Shown in pieces: positions 13,396 through 26,084 of a DNA stretch of 64,000 nt (the stretch's first letter is position 1; every line of letters begins with the position of its first letter). The DNA comes from Chiloscyllium plagiosum (taxonomy: Eukaryota), in contig NC_057722.1 of assembly GCF_004010195.1 (NCBI RefSeq), forward strand, positions 65,665,932 through 65,729,931, read 5' to 3'. A program made the position numbers and the translations under genes. Under the pieces are notes generated by a model. It did no database searches, was not told where the DNA came from, and saw only the letters and a list, made by a program, of their open reading frames with translations.

Positions 13396-13884
13396 TGATT
13401 CTGCTAGAGGGATGATCTGGAATCCCATTAACATCTTATTTAAAAGTTAGCACATTGGCAGATCTTTGGTTAATGTCCATTAAGGTTTTCTGCTCAAGAC
13501 TCTTCTTTGGAACTTAGGTCCACCAATTCCCCATATATAGACAGTTATGTTACCACTGAAAAATAATTACGCAGTGGTCTGGTCGGATATAATGATTATC
13601 GTGTTATTTTAAAATCTTGAAGTTTTATGAAGTCTGGGACATACTGCATGCATAGTTTTCTACTCTGGTTGAAAACAATAGAGATTAGATGTTGTTGTTT
13701 CAACACGTGTATCCATTATTCGTGCACATGAGCAAAATATGTCTGTGGATATAATGTCTTTTCTTTCCAAATAAAAGCAAGATATGTGTTGGTGTTCATT
13801 GTGGGCAAAATTACAGAAAGCATTACACAGTCCGAAATTAATGCTGTCTGTCGTTGATCTGGAATTTTCTCTGTCAACAGGAGT

Positions 13885-14523
13885 ATAGAGTCATAGAGTC
13901 GTAGAGATGTATAGCACGGAAACAGACCCGTCGGTCCAACCCGTCCATGCCGACCAGTTATCCCAACTCAATCTAGTCCCACCTGCCAGCACCCTGCCCA
14001 TATTCCTCCAAACCTTTCCTATTCATATACCCATACAAATGTCTTTTAAATGTTGCAGTTGTGCCAGCCTCACCATTTCCTCTGGCAACTCATTCCATTA
14101 ACGTACCACCGTCTGTGTGAAAAGGTTGCCCCTTAGGTCTCTTTTATATCTTTCCCCTCTCACCTTAAACCTTTGCCCTCTAGTTCTGGACTTCCCCAAC
14201 CCAGGGAAAATACTTTTTCTATTTATCCTATCCATGCCCCTCACAATTTTATAAACCTCTATAAGGTCACCCTTCAGCCTCTGACGCTCCAGGGAAAACA
14301 GCCCCAGCCTGTTCAGCCTTCCTGTAGCTCAAATTCTCCAGCCCTGGCAACATCCTTGTAAATCTTTTCTGAACCCTTTCAAGTTTCACAACATCTTTCC
14401 GATAGGAAGGAGGCCAGAATTGCACGCAATATTCCAACAGTGGCCTAACCAATGTCCTGTACAACCGCAACATGACCTCCCAACTCCTGTACTCAATACT
14501 CTGACCGATAAAGGAAAGCATAC
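13885..14523 (-). mobile_element. CR1 LINE 3' end
   Basis: LYRTLVRPLLEYCVQFWPPSYRKD, with a (CTATGACT)n-type tail at the left edge. Confidence 0.9.
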
Positions 14524-15439
14524 CTAATCATTTTTTTGCTCACCAAAAGGATTGTTGTCTCCACCCATTGCTTTACTCACTCGCTATGGCATCAATAAAC
14601 AGTTGATCCTCGACCCTACTGCCACGCATCTGGGTTTTGCTGCCTCCTCTTCGAGTTTACGACAGCTCTGGATTACACACCAGCAGTCATACATGGTATC
14701 ATTCATCTCTGATATGCCCTCAATACGATATTAGCCAATGCCAGTTTCCATGACCAGCTTTACACTTTCATGCCTGTTTCAAGGAGCCATTCATTCTTGG
14801 TAATGCAGTGCTCAATTCTGACTGACGTGGCCCTCCTGGTGCAGCTGCTTTCGATCCCATTCAGGACATTTTTGTCAGAATGAGTCTAATTAATGAGTTT
14901 CTAACATGAATACTCGTGATGTGATTGCCATTTATGAAGTATTGGATATGAACTTATTATAATCAATACTACTAAGATTGATAGTTCAAATCAGGGAACT
15001 AAATTATTTGTGACATTCATTCCAGGTTCAGTAACTATCCAATAGCTGCTGACCTCCTCAATCAACTTGATTCATAACTTTTTTTCCTGGCCTGCTCATC
15101 TTTTCCTTAATACAGACAATTCTCTCCCATTGCATTGCAGTCTGAACGAGGACTTCCAGAGTGTTAAAATTAAACATTTGTAATACCCCTCCTCTGACTT
15201 TAACCATTTTTGCTCAGTTTCCCCGGCTAGGTGTCACTGCCAACGACACCTTTTTGCGCAAACCACAGGGTAGTTGTTGAAGTCCCTTTAACATACTTCA
15301 TGTGTCTTTGCACTCCCGCCTCATCCTCCGACCCGCACACATTTCTAGTCAGCTTTAGTTATGTCTGCTGCTAATTAGCTTCAGAAATTTGATTCTGCAG
15401 ATATGCTTCACCCAATTAAAAACTTTTTTCATTGGAGTG

Positions 15440-15830
15440 TGGGCCGCTGAGAGGTGACCTTTTAGAAGTTTATAAAATAATGAGGGATAAAGAAAACGTT
15501 AATGGTCGTTGGCTTTTCCTTCGGGTGAGGTATTTCAAGATTAGGGGGCACATTTTTAAGGTGAGAGGAGAAAGATTTTAAAAACGACATACCGGGCATC
15601 TTTTGCACACTGAGCATGGTGATCATGTGTGATGGATATCCTTAGGAAATGTGTGATGTGGGCACAATTACAACATTTGTAAGACATTTGGATAAGTACA
15701 TTCGAATAAGAAAGGTTTGGAGTAATAAGGAACAGGAGCAGGCAGGTGGGACTAATGTAGTTTGGGATTATATTCGGCATGGACTTGTTGGACTGAAGGT
15801 TTTGTTTTTGTGTTCTATGTCTTGACTTTA
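15440..15830 (+). mobile_element. CR1 LINE 3' end (decayed)
   Basis: GCTGAGAGGTGACCTTTTAGAAGTTTATAAAATAATGAG (LRGDL.EVYKIM) followed by the 3' UTR. Confidence 0.75.
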
Positions 15831-17859
15831 TACTGAATTTCATTGTTAGAATTTACTCTCTTTAGGAGAAGTTCAGACATAGAAGCCAGGAGGCTATACT
15901 CAAGCTTCATTAAAACTAATCAGGTCTCACTTAGAATGCCACCAAGACTGTCAATATTATTGACAAAAAAATAATGAGAGATTGCGATCATTTCTGTTCC
16001 ATAACTTCTGGAATTCACCTATGCCTAGTTAATCATGGAAGATCAGAAGTTAATGTCAGGGATTACACGGTTCCCGACATTTGGCATTGATTCCCGACTT
16101 TCCCATCCACTCACAATCAAGTAGAATTTGCTTAACTGACAAAAACCTTTTATTTTTCACTATTTGACTCTTTGAGAAAAAAAATTGCAAATATTTGTGA
16201 TTTGTTGAATAATGTGTAACAGTACTTCTGATTTACACTACTTTGATAATGAATGCTGCAATAAACTCTGAAAAACTGAACTTGTATATGCCACATATCA
16301 AATTTTACCAAATGACAAAGTTATGTTTTTGTGAAGGAACATTTGTAAAGTAATTTCCCTCTTGATTTTATATTTTATACTTCAATCTCACATGCGTTTC
16401 TAAATCATTTGTTTTGACCTTGATCAAGTTTCAATTTCTAGTTAAAACAAATAAATATGTTTTAGTTTTATGCTTGCTGTCAGCGAACATGCTACAATGT
16501 GGTTGACCAATGATCTTGCTTGATTATATCTCTATTGTTTGACAACTAGTGATCCCAATGCCTTGGCAACAGTTTCAAGCTGACGTTTGGAAGAGGAAAT
16601 TCCATGCGACAAAGGTCACCATAAATTTGTGGAGCTCGATATCTGGCACATCCATAGTTACAATGGGATGAATGGCTTTCATTACAGCTGCCATTTCATG
16701 GCTCTAGTAAATGATCATGCAAGAAAGACTCAATTGGTTTTCTGGTTTTTATGCTGTTAGCTGTGACTCAGAAGTTTGTGAGTTTGCATTCCAATCCAGA
16801 TTATTGAACCCTTATTTGAAACTGCTATTTCAGTGCATTATATTTCCCATTTGTCCAATGAAATGCAATTGTTTCACCAATTAAAGTAAAGGATCTTATT
16901 GTAGCATTTGAAAAAATATGTAGGTGGGACAATGCAGTAGGAGGCGGTATTGATCACCACAAGAGCAACTCTTAGCAACAGGAACTATCTACTCGCACAG
17001 CATCAGCTCATGCCACTGGCCTTTGTTTCATTGATCTCACTGAAGACTTCCCGCTTTCCAGTTAAGTGCCTAAATAGCACTAAACATTATGGGTCTTCTC
17101 TAAATCATGCATGCGATACGAAAAGCTGCGGGGCCTTCCTCAAAGCTAATATAGGATAACATCCACTCAAGGTCTCACCAAGCCGACCTTGTACTCGCCC
17201 CGTCAGGGTGTTTTGCAAGTTCCCAGGGGCAAGAGTATACACAAAAGTTATTGATGGACCGCACATCAGAAGTGCAAAATCCACACAGATATGACCTCCT
17301 CCGCTCATCCACCTCACCTTTCCCCTCTGATTTGCTGCTGACTTTGCTGCTGTTTCCTCACTAGCTCCACATCCCCACCATCAGTCACCTTTATTTGGAC
17401 CCATGTTGATCCTGGGTCTGTGGTCAGTGTAATACTTGCATCAACCACTCACTGTTGGAAGTGCTTCAATGAAGAATATACCATCTCCATCTGTTTCACG
17501 TAGGATCCATAGGAAGGAGGACCCTCTTTCTCACTCCTCCTTGATCATGGGAAAGATTAATTTGCTAATTGACTGCAAGTTGACATGCATTCTTTCCCAG
17601 AAGGAACCAATCTTTACCATCTGTCGAACAGACCATTACCTCCATTAAATGTCACCTTAAGTGTGAGGAACCATCTTGCCATGCTGACAAAATAGCAATT
17701 CAATAAAGTATATTATTCTTGCTTTCAATGTAGTCTGCTGTTCTATTTAATGCATTGGCCAGTGTTGTTTTAATTTACTTATTTGCTTGCTCTTTGCACG
17801 TATGGTTTTTAGAAACTTGAGTTATACTTTTGCTTCTGGCCTATTTCTAATTAAGACAA

Positions 17860-19600
17860 TATGTCACAGGAACAGAAGTAGGCCACGCGGCCATTGATTC
17901 TGCTTCTCCATTCAATTAGGTCATGCCTGATTTTATAATCTCAATTACATTTTCTTCCCTTTCCTCCAAAATACTTGATTCCTCATTGATTAAATAACTG
18001 TTTTTTCTCTGTCCTGACTGTAATGATTGACTGAGCATCAACAGTCACCTATGGGAACCTCTGAGAATAAATGTTTCCTCTTCTCTGTCTTAACTATCTG
18101 GCCCCATATTCAGAAAATTGTTGTTCTGGTCCTAGACACTTCCACAATGGGAAGCAACCTTATTGCTGCTTTTCTGTGAAAACCCCTAAAAGTCTTGGAT
18201 ATTTCAATAATTTTTGTTCTCATACATTTGTATTCCAGTGAGTACAGTGCCAATCCACTCAATCTCTACTCATAAGACAACTCCTCCATACCTGATACTG
18301 GCAAATGAATGTTCTCTGCACTGCCTCCAAAACTAGTTTATGATTCCTTAGATAAGGGTCCAATATTCCATTTCCTTCTGTAGTACCCATTGAACTTGCA
18401 CATTAGCTTTTTAAGATTCATGATTAAGGACTCCCATATCCCTCTGTTATGCAGATTTCTGTCGTCTTTCGCCATTGAAATCATGTTAAACTTCTGAATA
18501 TTTCCTGCTAAAATGCACAACCTTACATTTTCACACATTATTCCATATGCCATTTTTTTTGCACACTCACTTAACCTGTCAGTATCCTTCTGCAGACTCC
18601 TTGTCTTATCCTCACCTCCTGCCTTTCCCACTATGTTTGCGTCATCCACAAACGTAGCTTTAGTATGTCACTCTGCAGGCCCAACTCATGAATATATTGC
18701 AAATAATCATCATCATGGTACTGACAACACTGCCACACCATTAGTTGTAGGCTGACATCATGAAAATACCCACTTCAAAGTTTGTGCGAAGATTTGTAGC
18801 TCGGGTGCTCGTTGTTGTGGTTCTGTTTGCCGAGCTGGGAATTTCTGGTGCAGACGTTTCGTCCCCTGTCTAGGTGACACCCTCAGTGCTTGGGAGCCTC
18901 CTGTGAAGTGCTTCTATGACCTTTCCTCTGGCATTTGTAGTGGTTTGAATTTGCCTTCCGGTTGTCAGTTCCAGCTGTCCGCTGCAGTGGTCGGTATATA
19001 GGGTCTAGGTCAATGTGCTTATTGATTGAATCTGTCGATGAGTGCCAAGCCTCTAGGAATTCCCTGGCTGTTCTCTGTTTGGCTTGGCCTATAATAGTAG
19101 TGTTGTCCCAGTCGAACCCTATATACCGACCACTGCAGCGGACAGCGGGAACTGACAACCGGAAGCGGCAGATTCAAACCACTACAAATGCCAGAGGAAA
19201 GATCACAGAAGCGCTTCACAGGAGGCTCCCAAGCACCGAGGATGTCACCTAGACAGGGGACGAAACGTCTGCACCAGGAATTCCCAGCTCGGCGAACAGA
19301 ACGACAACAAAATACCCACTTGTCTGAACTCTCTGTCTTTTATTAGTTATCCATTCCTCTATCAATGCCTTTATACTATCCCCAACAACATGGGCTCTTG
19401 TCCTATTAAGCAGTCTAAAGTAGAATCTCTCATCAAACACCTTCCCAAAATCCAAATGTATTATATTGACTGCTTCCCCTTTATCAATCATTCTTGTTAT
19501 CTCCACAAAGAATTGTACTAAATTTATCTGGCATGAATGCACTTCAGGAAGCTATATTGACTCTGCTTGATCATATTATGCATTTCTGAATGCACTGATA
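17860..19600 (-). mobile_element. Old CR1 LINE fragment, interrupted by the PLE at 18776
   Basis: Decayed RT: SCQINLVQFFVEIT...IHLDFGKVFD and FVDDANIVG. Confidence 0.75.
18776..19308 (-). mobile_element. 5'-truncated fold-back PLE (GIY-YIG C-terminus plus inverted pLTR)
   Basis: Minus strand reads FDWDNTTIIGQAKQRTAREFLEAWHS...INKHIDLDPIY. Arms about 18811-19003 and 19117-19308 are inverted. 13-bp TSD AAAATACCCACTT at 18763-18775 and 19309-19321. Inserted into a CR1 fragment. Confidence 0.88.
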
Positions 19601-20589
19601 TTGTGATTCTTGGATTAAATATTTGAGAATATAACAAAATTTGGTTTTTTGTGTTCACAGTCACTTGCAGATACAACCATAGAATTATAGAATCATACAG
19701 CTATAGAATTTTACAGTACAAAAGGAGGCCATTTGATTCATCATGCTTTTGCTGACTCCCAACAGAGCTAGCCAGCTATTCACTTTCTCCAGTCCTATCT
19801 CCATAGCCCACTGAATTCACCACTTTCAAGTGTATATCCAGCTCTCCTGGAATCTGCCTCCTCCATTCTTACAGGCAGCACATTCCAAATTCTAACAAAT
19901 CATGGAGTAAAGAAGTTTCTCCTCGTCACAGTTCTAGCTCTCATGCTGACAATATTAATACTGTGTCACTTTTTTGTTTTCTTTTGTTCTTGAGTATAAG
20001 CAGCAGTTGGTGCAAATCTCTAATTCTGTGTGAGCTAAATATACTAGCCATTCTATCTCAAAGGGCATGCATAAACCACATTGTTGTGGGTGTGGAGATG
20101 CATGTTGGCTATGCAGGATAAGGATAGTAGATTTCCTTCCCTAAAGGGTATTCCTGAAACAGCTGATTGTTTATGACGACCAGTGATGGTTTGATAGTCA
20201 CCATGACATTGGATTTTAATTCCAGATTTTTAAAAACAAATAAGTTTAACATTTAAAGCTATTACCTCAGAACATTACCTGGCTTCTAAGCTGCAAATAA
20301 GTAGAAAACTGTGAGAGTGATTGTGCAATATGTTAATTTCAATTTAAGAATGTGTTTCTCAAGTTGAGGAATTTTTGTCGGGTCATCAAAAATGAGTCTT
20401 CATCCAGCTCCTTAACCACTCTGCCCTGACCATAGATCAGCAGCCTGCCTGATTGGCACCCACCCAACACTTTCCACATGCACTTGGTTCACTCTTAATA
20501 TACAGGCACAACAGAGAACACTATTAACGAGATGCACCATAGCACTCTTTTGGCGCCGGCAAAATGCTTCAGGTTGGTGGGTACTATAA

Positions 20590-20700
20590 GATGTCGAGAG
20601 TGTGGTGCTGGGAAAGCACAGCAGGTCAGGCAGCATCCGAGGAGCAAGCGAATCAACGATTCGAGCTAAAGCCCTTCCTCAGTACTGAGGTCATTCCTTC
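20590..20700. mobile_element. One arm of the palindromic PLE-derived family seen at 31768 and 52940
   Basis: GTGGTGCTGGGAAAGCACAGCAGGTCAGGCAGCATCCGAGGAGC...AAAGCCCTTCCTCAG matches those left arms. Confidence 0.72.
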
Positions 20701-21059
20701 ATCCTCACTTATAAGATACTCCATTTGCGAATGAGAGATGTTTATCGGTTAAGGCGTTGTGAGAGCTCTCTTCCTTTTCTTCGAAATACTTCCCTCGGAC
20801 CTAAGGATGATCGTCGGGGATCCCTTTCATGTTTTCTTTGAAATCGTACACATAGTCAGGTCTTTGCTTAATATAAATTAAGATTTTGTGCTCAAGTCTC
20901 TGCGTTAGGATACGGATTCATCAAGTTTCAGCTTTGATTCAACGGTTGTACCACCAAATTATCGCAAATCATAGCTACGCTGTGGTCCTCTCTGATATAA
21001 TTGTATCATTGCTTTCCCTGTGTTTTTTTTTAAATCTTGTTTCTCCGCCTTCTCTGCAG

Positions 21060-21351
21060 CTTTCGGCTCAGGCCTTTCCGTTTTGCACTGGCGATGATTT
21101 TTGCAATCGAGGAAATAAACAATGACACAGCTCTGCTTCCCGGGGTCACTCTGGGATACCGCATATACGATTCTTGCAATTTGCTACAGTTATCGTTAAA
21201 AGCAGCTATGGATTTTCTAAACAGTCCAGAGGCAAACACATCCTCTGATAACTGTAAAAAGTCCTCCACTGTTTCTGCGATTGTTGCTGATGCTGGATCT
21301 ACAAAATCTTTAGCAATAGCACCTTCCATTGGTACCTTCAGAATCCCTATG
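21060..21351 (+). CDS. V2R/OlfC gene B exon 2
   Basis: Acceptor tctctgcag|, donor ATG|gtaaga, 292 bp. Encodes FRFALAMIFAIEEINNDTALLPGVTLGYRIYDSC...FRIPM. Confidence 0.93.
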
Positions 21352-22574
21352 GTAAGAAATGGCGTTTAACAAATCGGTTTGCAGAGTAAACAAATGTGAG
21401 TTAACTGTATATAATTTGATGTTCTGTGCGTCATATACTCCATTTCTACAAAATTCGTAACTCTTTTTGATGATCCAAACCAGACCAGAATCTTTATTTA
21501 TATTGCATTCAGGATGGTCAGACCATCCAGAAAAAATGCTGTTGTTCTGCTTAGCTTAAGTTTTCTAACCAGGTTATTATTTTTCTTCGAAGATGTTGCT
21601 TCAAAAGTCTCATTTCAGAAAACAGGTGATGAAAGGAAGCAAGTTATGATAATAGAACTTTTCAAAAATGATTACAAAAAAACTGGCAAATTCAGTTCGT
21701 TTTTATTCTTTCACGAGATGTGGGCAGTGCTGACAAAATCAATATTTGATTCCCTCCCCAGTAGCCCTGGAGATGAATCGCTTCCTTGATCACCTGCAAC
21801 CGACGTTAAGGGTGAAATATGCACAAAGTCTGTCCAGCAGCAAACGGCACCATCAATCGAATACTGAACTACAGAAAGCAAACATTACGTTATACACAGA
21901 AATAAGTCTAATTTAAACAATAAAGTGTCTCAGCATTGGCTTGCTGAGGGATGCGTAATTCATGTCTGAGACACAGTGAGCTCAATGTTGCTTCCAGAAG
22001 CCAGGTGAAATTTTTCAAAGCTGTAATTCATAACCTTGAATTATATTTTAAGAGAAGTATAATGCTGAACACGTTGCTAAAGATTTAAGGTGCTGGATGA
22101 AGAGGTATTTTAAGTTTGGGTGATGGTGTAAGAAAAATCATTTACAATTAGTCACATATCCAACACCTTTTCCTTTCCATCCATTGACTTCAATGGGAAG
22201 GGACAAATGGCGAGATCGACTATGAACTCTCAATACCATGTTGTGCAAAGTTTGATTTATCCCCAAGTAACCTGTAGAAGCAGAGAGAAGCAGAATGTTC
22301 GACAATGTTCTTCATGTTGAACTGTGAGAACCGGATATTATGCGTGGTTGCAGCTAGGACAGAGTGAATCAAGAAAGCGCATTGCTTGGGTTGAACACTT
22401 AGAGCAAATATATGAAGTTATTTAGTAAGTTTTTTATGCCTTAAAATGGACAGCTCCTGAAAGTAAGAAACGAGTTGGAATCTTTGCTCTTCTCAGCCGA
22501 TATCCACGCGCTGAGATCATGAATAACCACATGTTGCGTTCAAAATGCAAATGTTTCCACTTTACTTTTAACAG

Positions 22575-23408
22575 GTTAGCTACTTTTCCACCTGTGCGTG
22601 CCTGAGCAATAGAAAGGAATATCCGTCATTTTTTCGAACAATACCAAGTGATTACTATCAGGCTAGAGCATTAGCCCAGTTGGTGAAACATTTTGGATGG
22701 ACCTGGATTGGGACAGTTAAGGGCGACGATGACTATGGAAACTTTGGAATGCAAGCATTTGAAGAGGCCGTTCAACAGTTAGGTGTTTGTATAGCTTTTT
22801 CCGAGTCGTTTCATAAAACATACACTCGCGAGAAGTTACTGAAAACAGTTAACACCATCAAATTATCTTCTACAAAAGTTGTCGTTGCTTTTGTGGGAGT
22901 ATCAAGTATGGGTGTCCTTCTAAAAGAAATGATTGAACAAAATGTCAGCGGTATACAATGGATCGGAAGTGAATCATGGGTTTCCATGTCTCTTCTTCCT
23001 CCGGAGGAAAGTAAAAAGATTGCTTCTGGGGCAATTGGAATTGCAATTCGCAAAGTCGGTATACCAGGGTTGAGGGAGTTCTTGATGAAAGTTCATCCAT
23101 CTTTGTATCCAGGGAACATCTTGGTGAAAAAGTTTTGGGAAAGTTGTTTCGGCTGCACTCTAAGTGCTGGGAATACATTAGATTCTCGAAAACCTGGATC
23201 AGAACTTAAGGAATGCACAGGACAAGAAAATTTACAGAATGTCCAAAATGAATTTACTGATGTGTCGCAGTACAGAGTGACTTACAAGGTGTACAAAGCA
23301 ACTTATGCGATAGCTCATGCACTTCATAATATGGCGTCATGTAAAACTGGGTCAGGGCCTTTCTCCAATGGGAGTTGTGCAAATATTTCAAATTTTCAAC
23401 CATGGCAG
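22575..23408 (+). CDS. V2R/OlfC gene B exon 3
   Basis: Acceptor ttttaacag|, donor CAG|gtgagg, 834 bp open. Encodes [46 protein letters not shown] and [12 protein letters not shown]. Confidence 0.95.
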
Positions 23409-23522
23409 GTGAGGAACATTTAAACTTATTTGATGACTGCATTTACATACCAATGTGGTCGAATTCACGGTTGTTTATTTACAAACAATGTAAACATGCT
23501 CTATGTTTTCCTTTATTTGAAG

Positions 23523-23750
23523 TTATTATATTACATGAGAACTGTGAAGTTCGTAACTAAGATGGGAGAAAAGGTTTATTTTGATGAAAACGGAGACCCT
23601 GTCGCAACATATGATATTGTAAACTGGCAACCAAATGCCCTCGGTAACATTGACATTGTAAATGTTGGACGCTATGATGGAGCAGCTCGTTCTGGAGAAG
23701 AATTTTCGATAATAGAAGAGGCAATTGTTTGGAGTGGTGGTCAGAAGTCG
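23523..23750 (+). CDS. V2R/OlfC gene B exon 4
   Basis: Acceptor tttgaag|, donor |gtaaga, 228 bp. Encodes LLYYMRTVKF...FDENGDPVATYDIVNWQ...IVWSGGQKS. Confidence 0.93.
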
Positions 23751-25194
23751 GTAAGATTGATGTAGAACTGTCTCTTTTAAAGCACGGTTGGATTTCTTAA
23801 TTTCAATTTCGGTACTCTGAAATGAAAAAAAAGAAATGATGTTTACAACAAATAAGTGGCCCAACCACAACTGCCCATTTCCTGACTCTGAGTAAAATTG
23901 CAATACATCAGCCATTTTAAAATGGAAAAATTCTGCTCACCGATTCGAAGATCACTTAGTTGGATCAACCCAGAATATACGATCTGAGACATGTTTCATT
24001 TTCCCCCACTTCAACAACAGATTACGTTTAGCCATAAATGATACATTTAACATGACAAGAAAGTAAGGGACTGCTGCTTAAGAACTAGAATTATAAATAT
24101 CATTATATTTTAAATGTCACTTAATGAACAAATGGATGCGTAAAAAAGTATAAAAACTAAGCATACCAAAACGTCAGTGCATAGGTTTTAAAAAATCATC
24201 AGAGAACAATGGATCCATTAATTTGATGTCAAGGGGCATTATAGTTTATATCAATTTTGGTCACAAAAGCATTTGTGCTACCCAGGTGCCAAACAATGAC
24301 TATCGTCAACGAATGGGGTTCTACTAATTTCCACGTTATATTCAGCAGCATCAGAGTCACTTATACCCCTCTATCAATATATCGGGAGATACCTGAGATA
24401 CCTGAGAAACTGAATTGGACTAGCCATGTAAGTTCTATAACTGTAAGAGCAGTTCAGACGCCAGGATACCTGCAGCAGATAACTCGCCTCTGGACTTCCC
24501 AAAACCTAACCACAGACAGGGGGCAGGACTGTGACGAAATACTCCCACTCACCTGAAAGTGTACTCATACGTTCCTACATGCGTGCAAATTCAGCAACTC
24601 TCAAGCAGCTTGACACCATCCAAGAAAAAGCAGCTCACTTGATTGTCACTGCAACCCAAACATTCTTTTCCCCTACAAGCAATACTCAGTTGGAGCATCT
24701 GCAAAATACAGTGCCGAAATTAAACAATGTGCTTTAGAATGCACAATCCAATCCCTCGACCACTTCCACCTAAATGAACATTGGGACGCCACCATCTGCA
24801 TGTTCCCCTGCCAGCCGCTCCCCATCCTGACTTGGAAATATGTCATTTCCTTCAGTTCCTCTGGGTCAATCAAAATGCTGTAACTTACTCGCTTGTGACA
24901 TTGTGGGCATGACTTCAGCAAACAGAATGTGACAGTTCAAGATGGCAACACAAAGACAACTGGGGTGGGCAATAAACTCTGGCCTGGCCTGCAATGCCCA
25001 CATCGCATGAATGAATTAACAAAATGATTTTTACTTATGAATCTCATTTTCATTTTAGACAGTATTCAGTATCACTACAAAATACATTTGATTTTATTTA
25101 CTACATTAGCAATTTCCTTTTTAAATGATAGATGAAACTAGTTGAAGAACACATCATGGATGCTATAATGTGAATCTGGATTGACTATAAATAA

Positions 25195-25630
25195 AACATA
25201 GAAAACTACAGCACAGAACAGGCCCTTTGGCCCACGCTGTTGTGCCAAGATTTAATCCTAATATAAAATATAGTAACTTAACCTATGCACCCCTCAACTC
25301 ACTGCTATGCATTTGCATGTCCAGCAGTCGCTTAAATGTCCCCAATGACTCTGCTTCCACCACCACAGCTGGCAACGCATTCCATGCATTCACAATTATC
25401 TGCGTAAAGAACCTACCTCTGACGTCTCCTTTATACCCTCCTCCTAATATCTTCAAACTATGACTTCTCGTACCAGTCAATCCTGCCCTGGGGAAAAGTC
25501 TCTGGCTATTGACTCTATCTATTCCTCTCATTATTTTGTACACCTCTATCAGGTCTCCTCTCTTCCTCCTTCTCTCCAGAGAGAAAAGTCCGAGCCTATT
25601 CAACCTTTCTTCGTAAGGCAAGGCCTCCAG
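25195..25630 (-). mobile_element. CR1 LINE 3' end in gene B intron 4
   Basis: YEERLNRLGLFSLERRRKRGDLIEVYKIMRG. Confidence 0.9.
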
Positions 25631-25844
25631 GCAATGTTCCGCTTCTGCCAATGCAAGTCTATCCCCAGCACTTTTACAGCAGCTTTAAGCTGGACATCAT
25701 GAGGTCACAAACTGTCAGGTTATTTTAAAAAAGGATGGCACGAATGAATGTAACACAAATACCTATTCCCCTGTAAATCAGACTGAATGATATGCATTTG
25801 CTATTTGAAATTACTAGCACCATTGCATTTATCTTCCTAATCAG

Positions 25845-25968
25845 GTTCCTAAAGCTGTTTGTTCTCAAAGTTGCCATCATGGAACAAGGAAAGCAGGAAG
25901 AAAAGGACAACCCATTTGTTGTTTTGATTGCATTCAATGTGCACAGGGTGAAATTAGTAACACAACTG
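25845..25968 (+). CDS. V2R/OlfC gene B exon 5 (cysteine-rich domain)
   Basis: 124-bp exon with aatcag| and |gtaaga. Encodes VPKAVCSQSCHHGTRKAGRKGQPICCFDCIQCAQGEISNTT. Not shown in this frame by the ORF track. Confidence 0.93.
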
Positions 25969-26084
25969 GTAAGAAAGCATCATTGTCTGTACCAAAAGTG
26001 TGTCTGTACAAATTTCATGCCAGCATTGCAACAGGGGTGCTAACATTTATCCTTTAATGACCAAATCTTCTGTTGCTTTTTCAG

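Noticed and set aside
21030-21329. Antisense ORFs conserved at 21030-21329 and 63717-63983 (also 49-237 and 26369-26557)
   Set aside because: Shadows of the conserved sense exons, with no independent coding signal.
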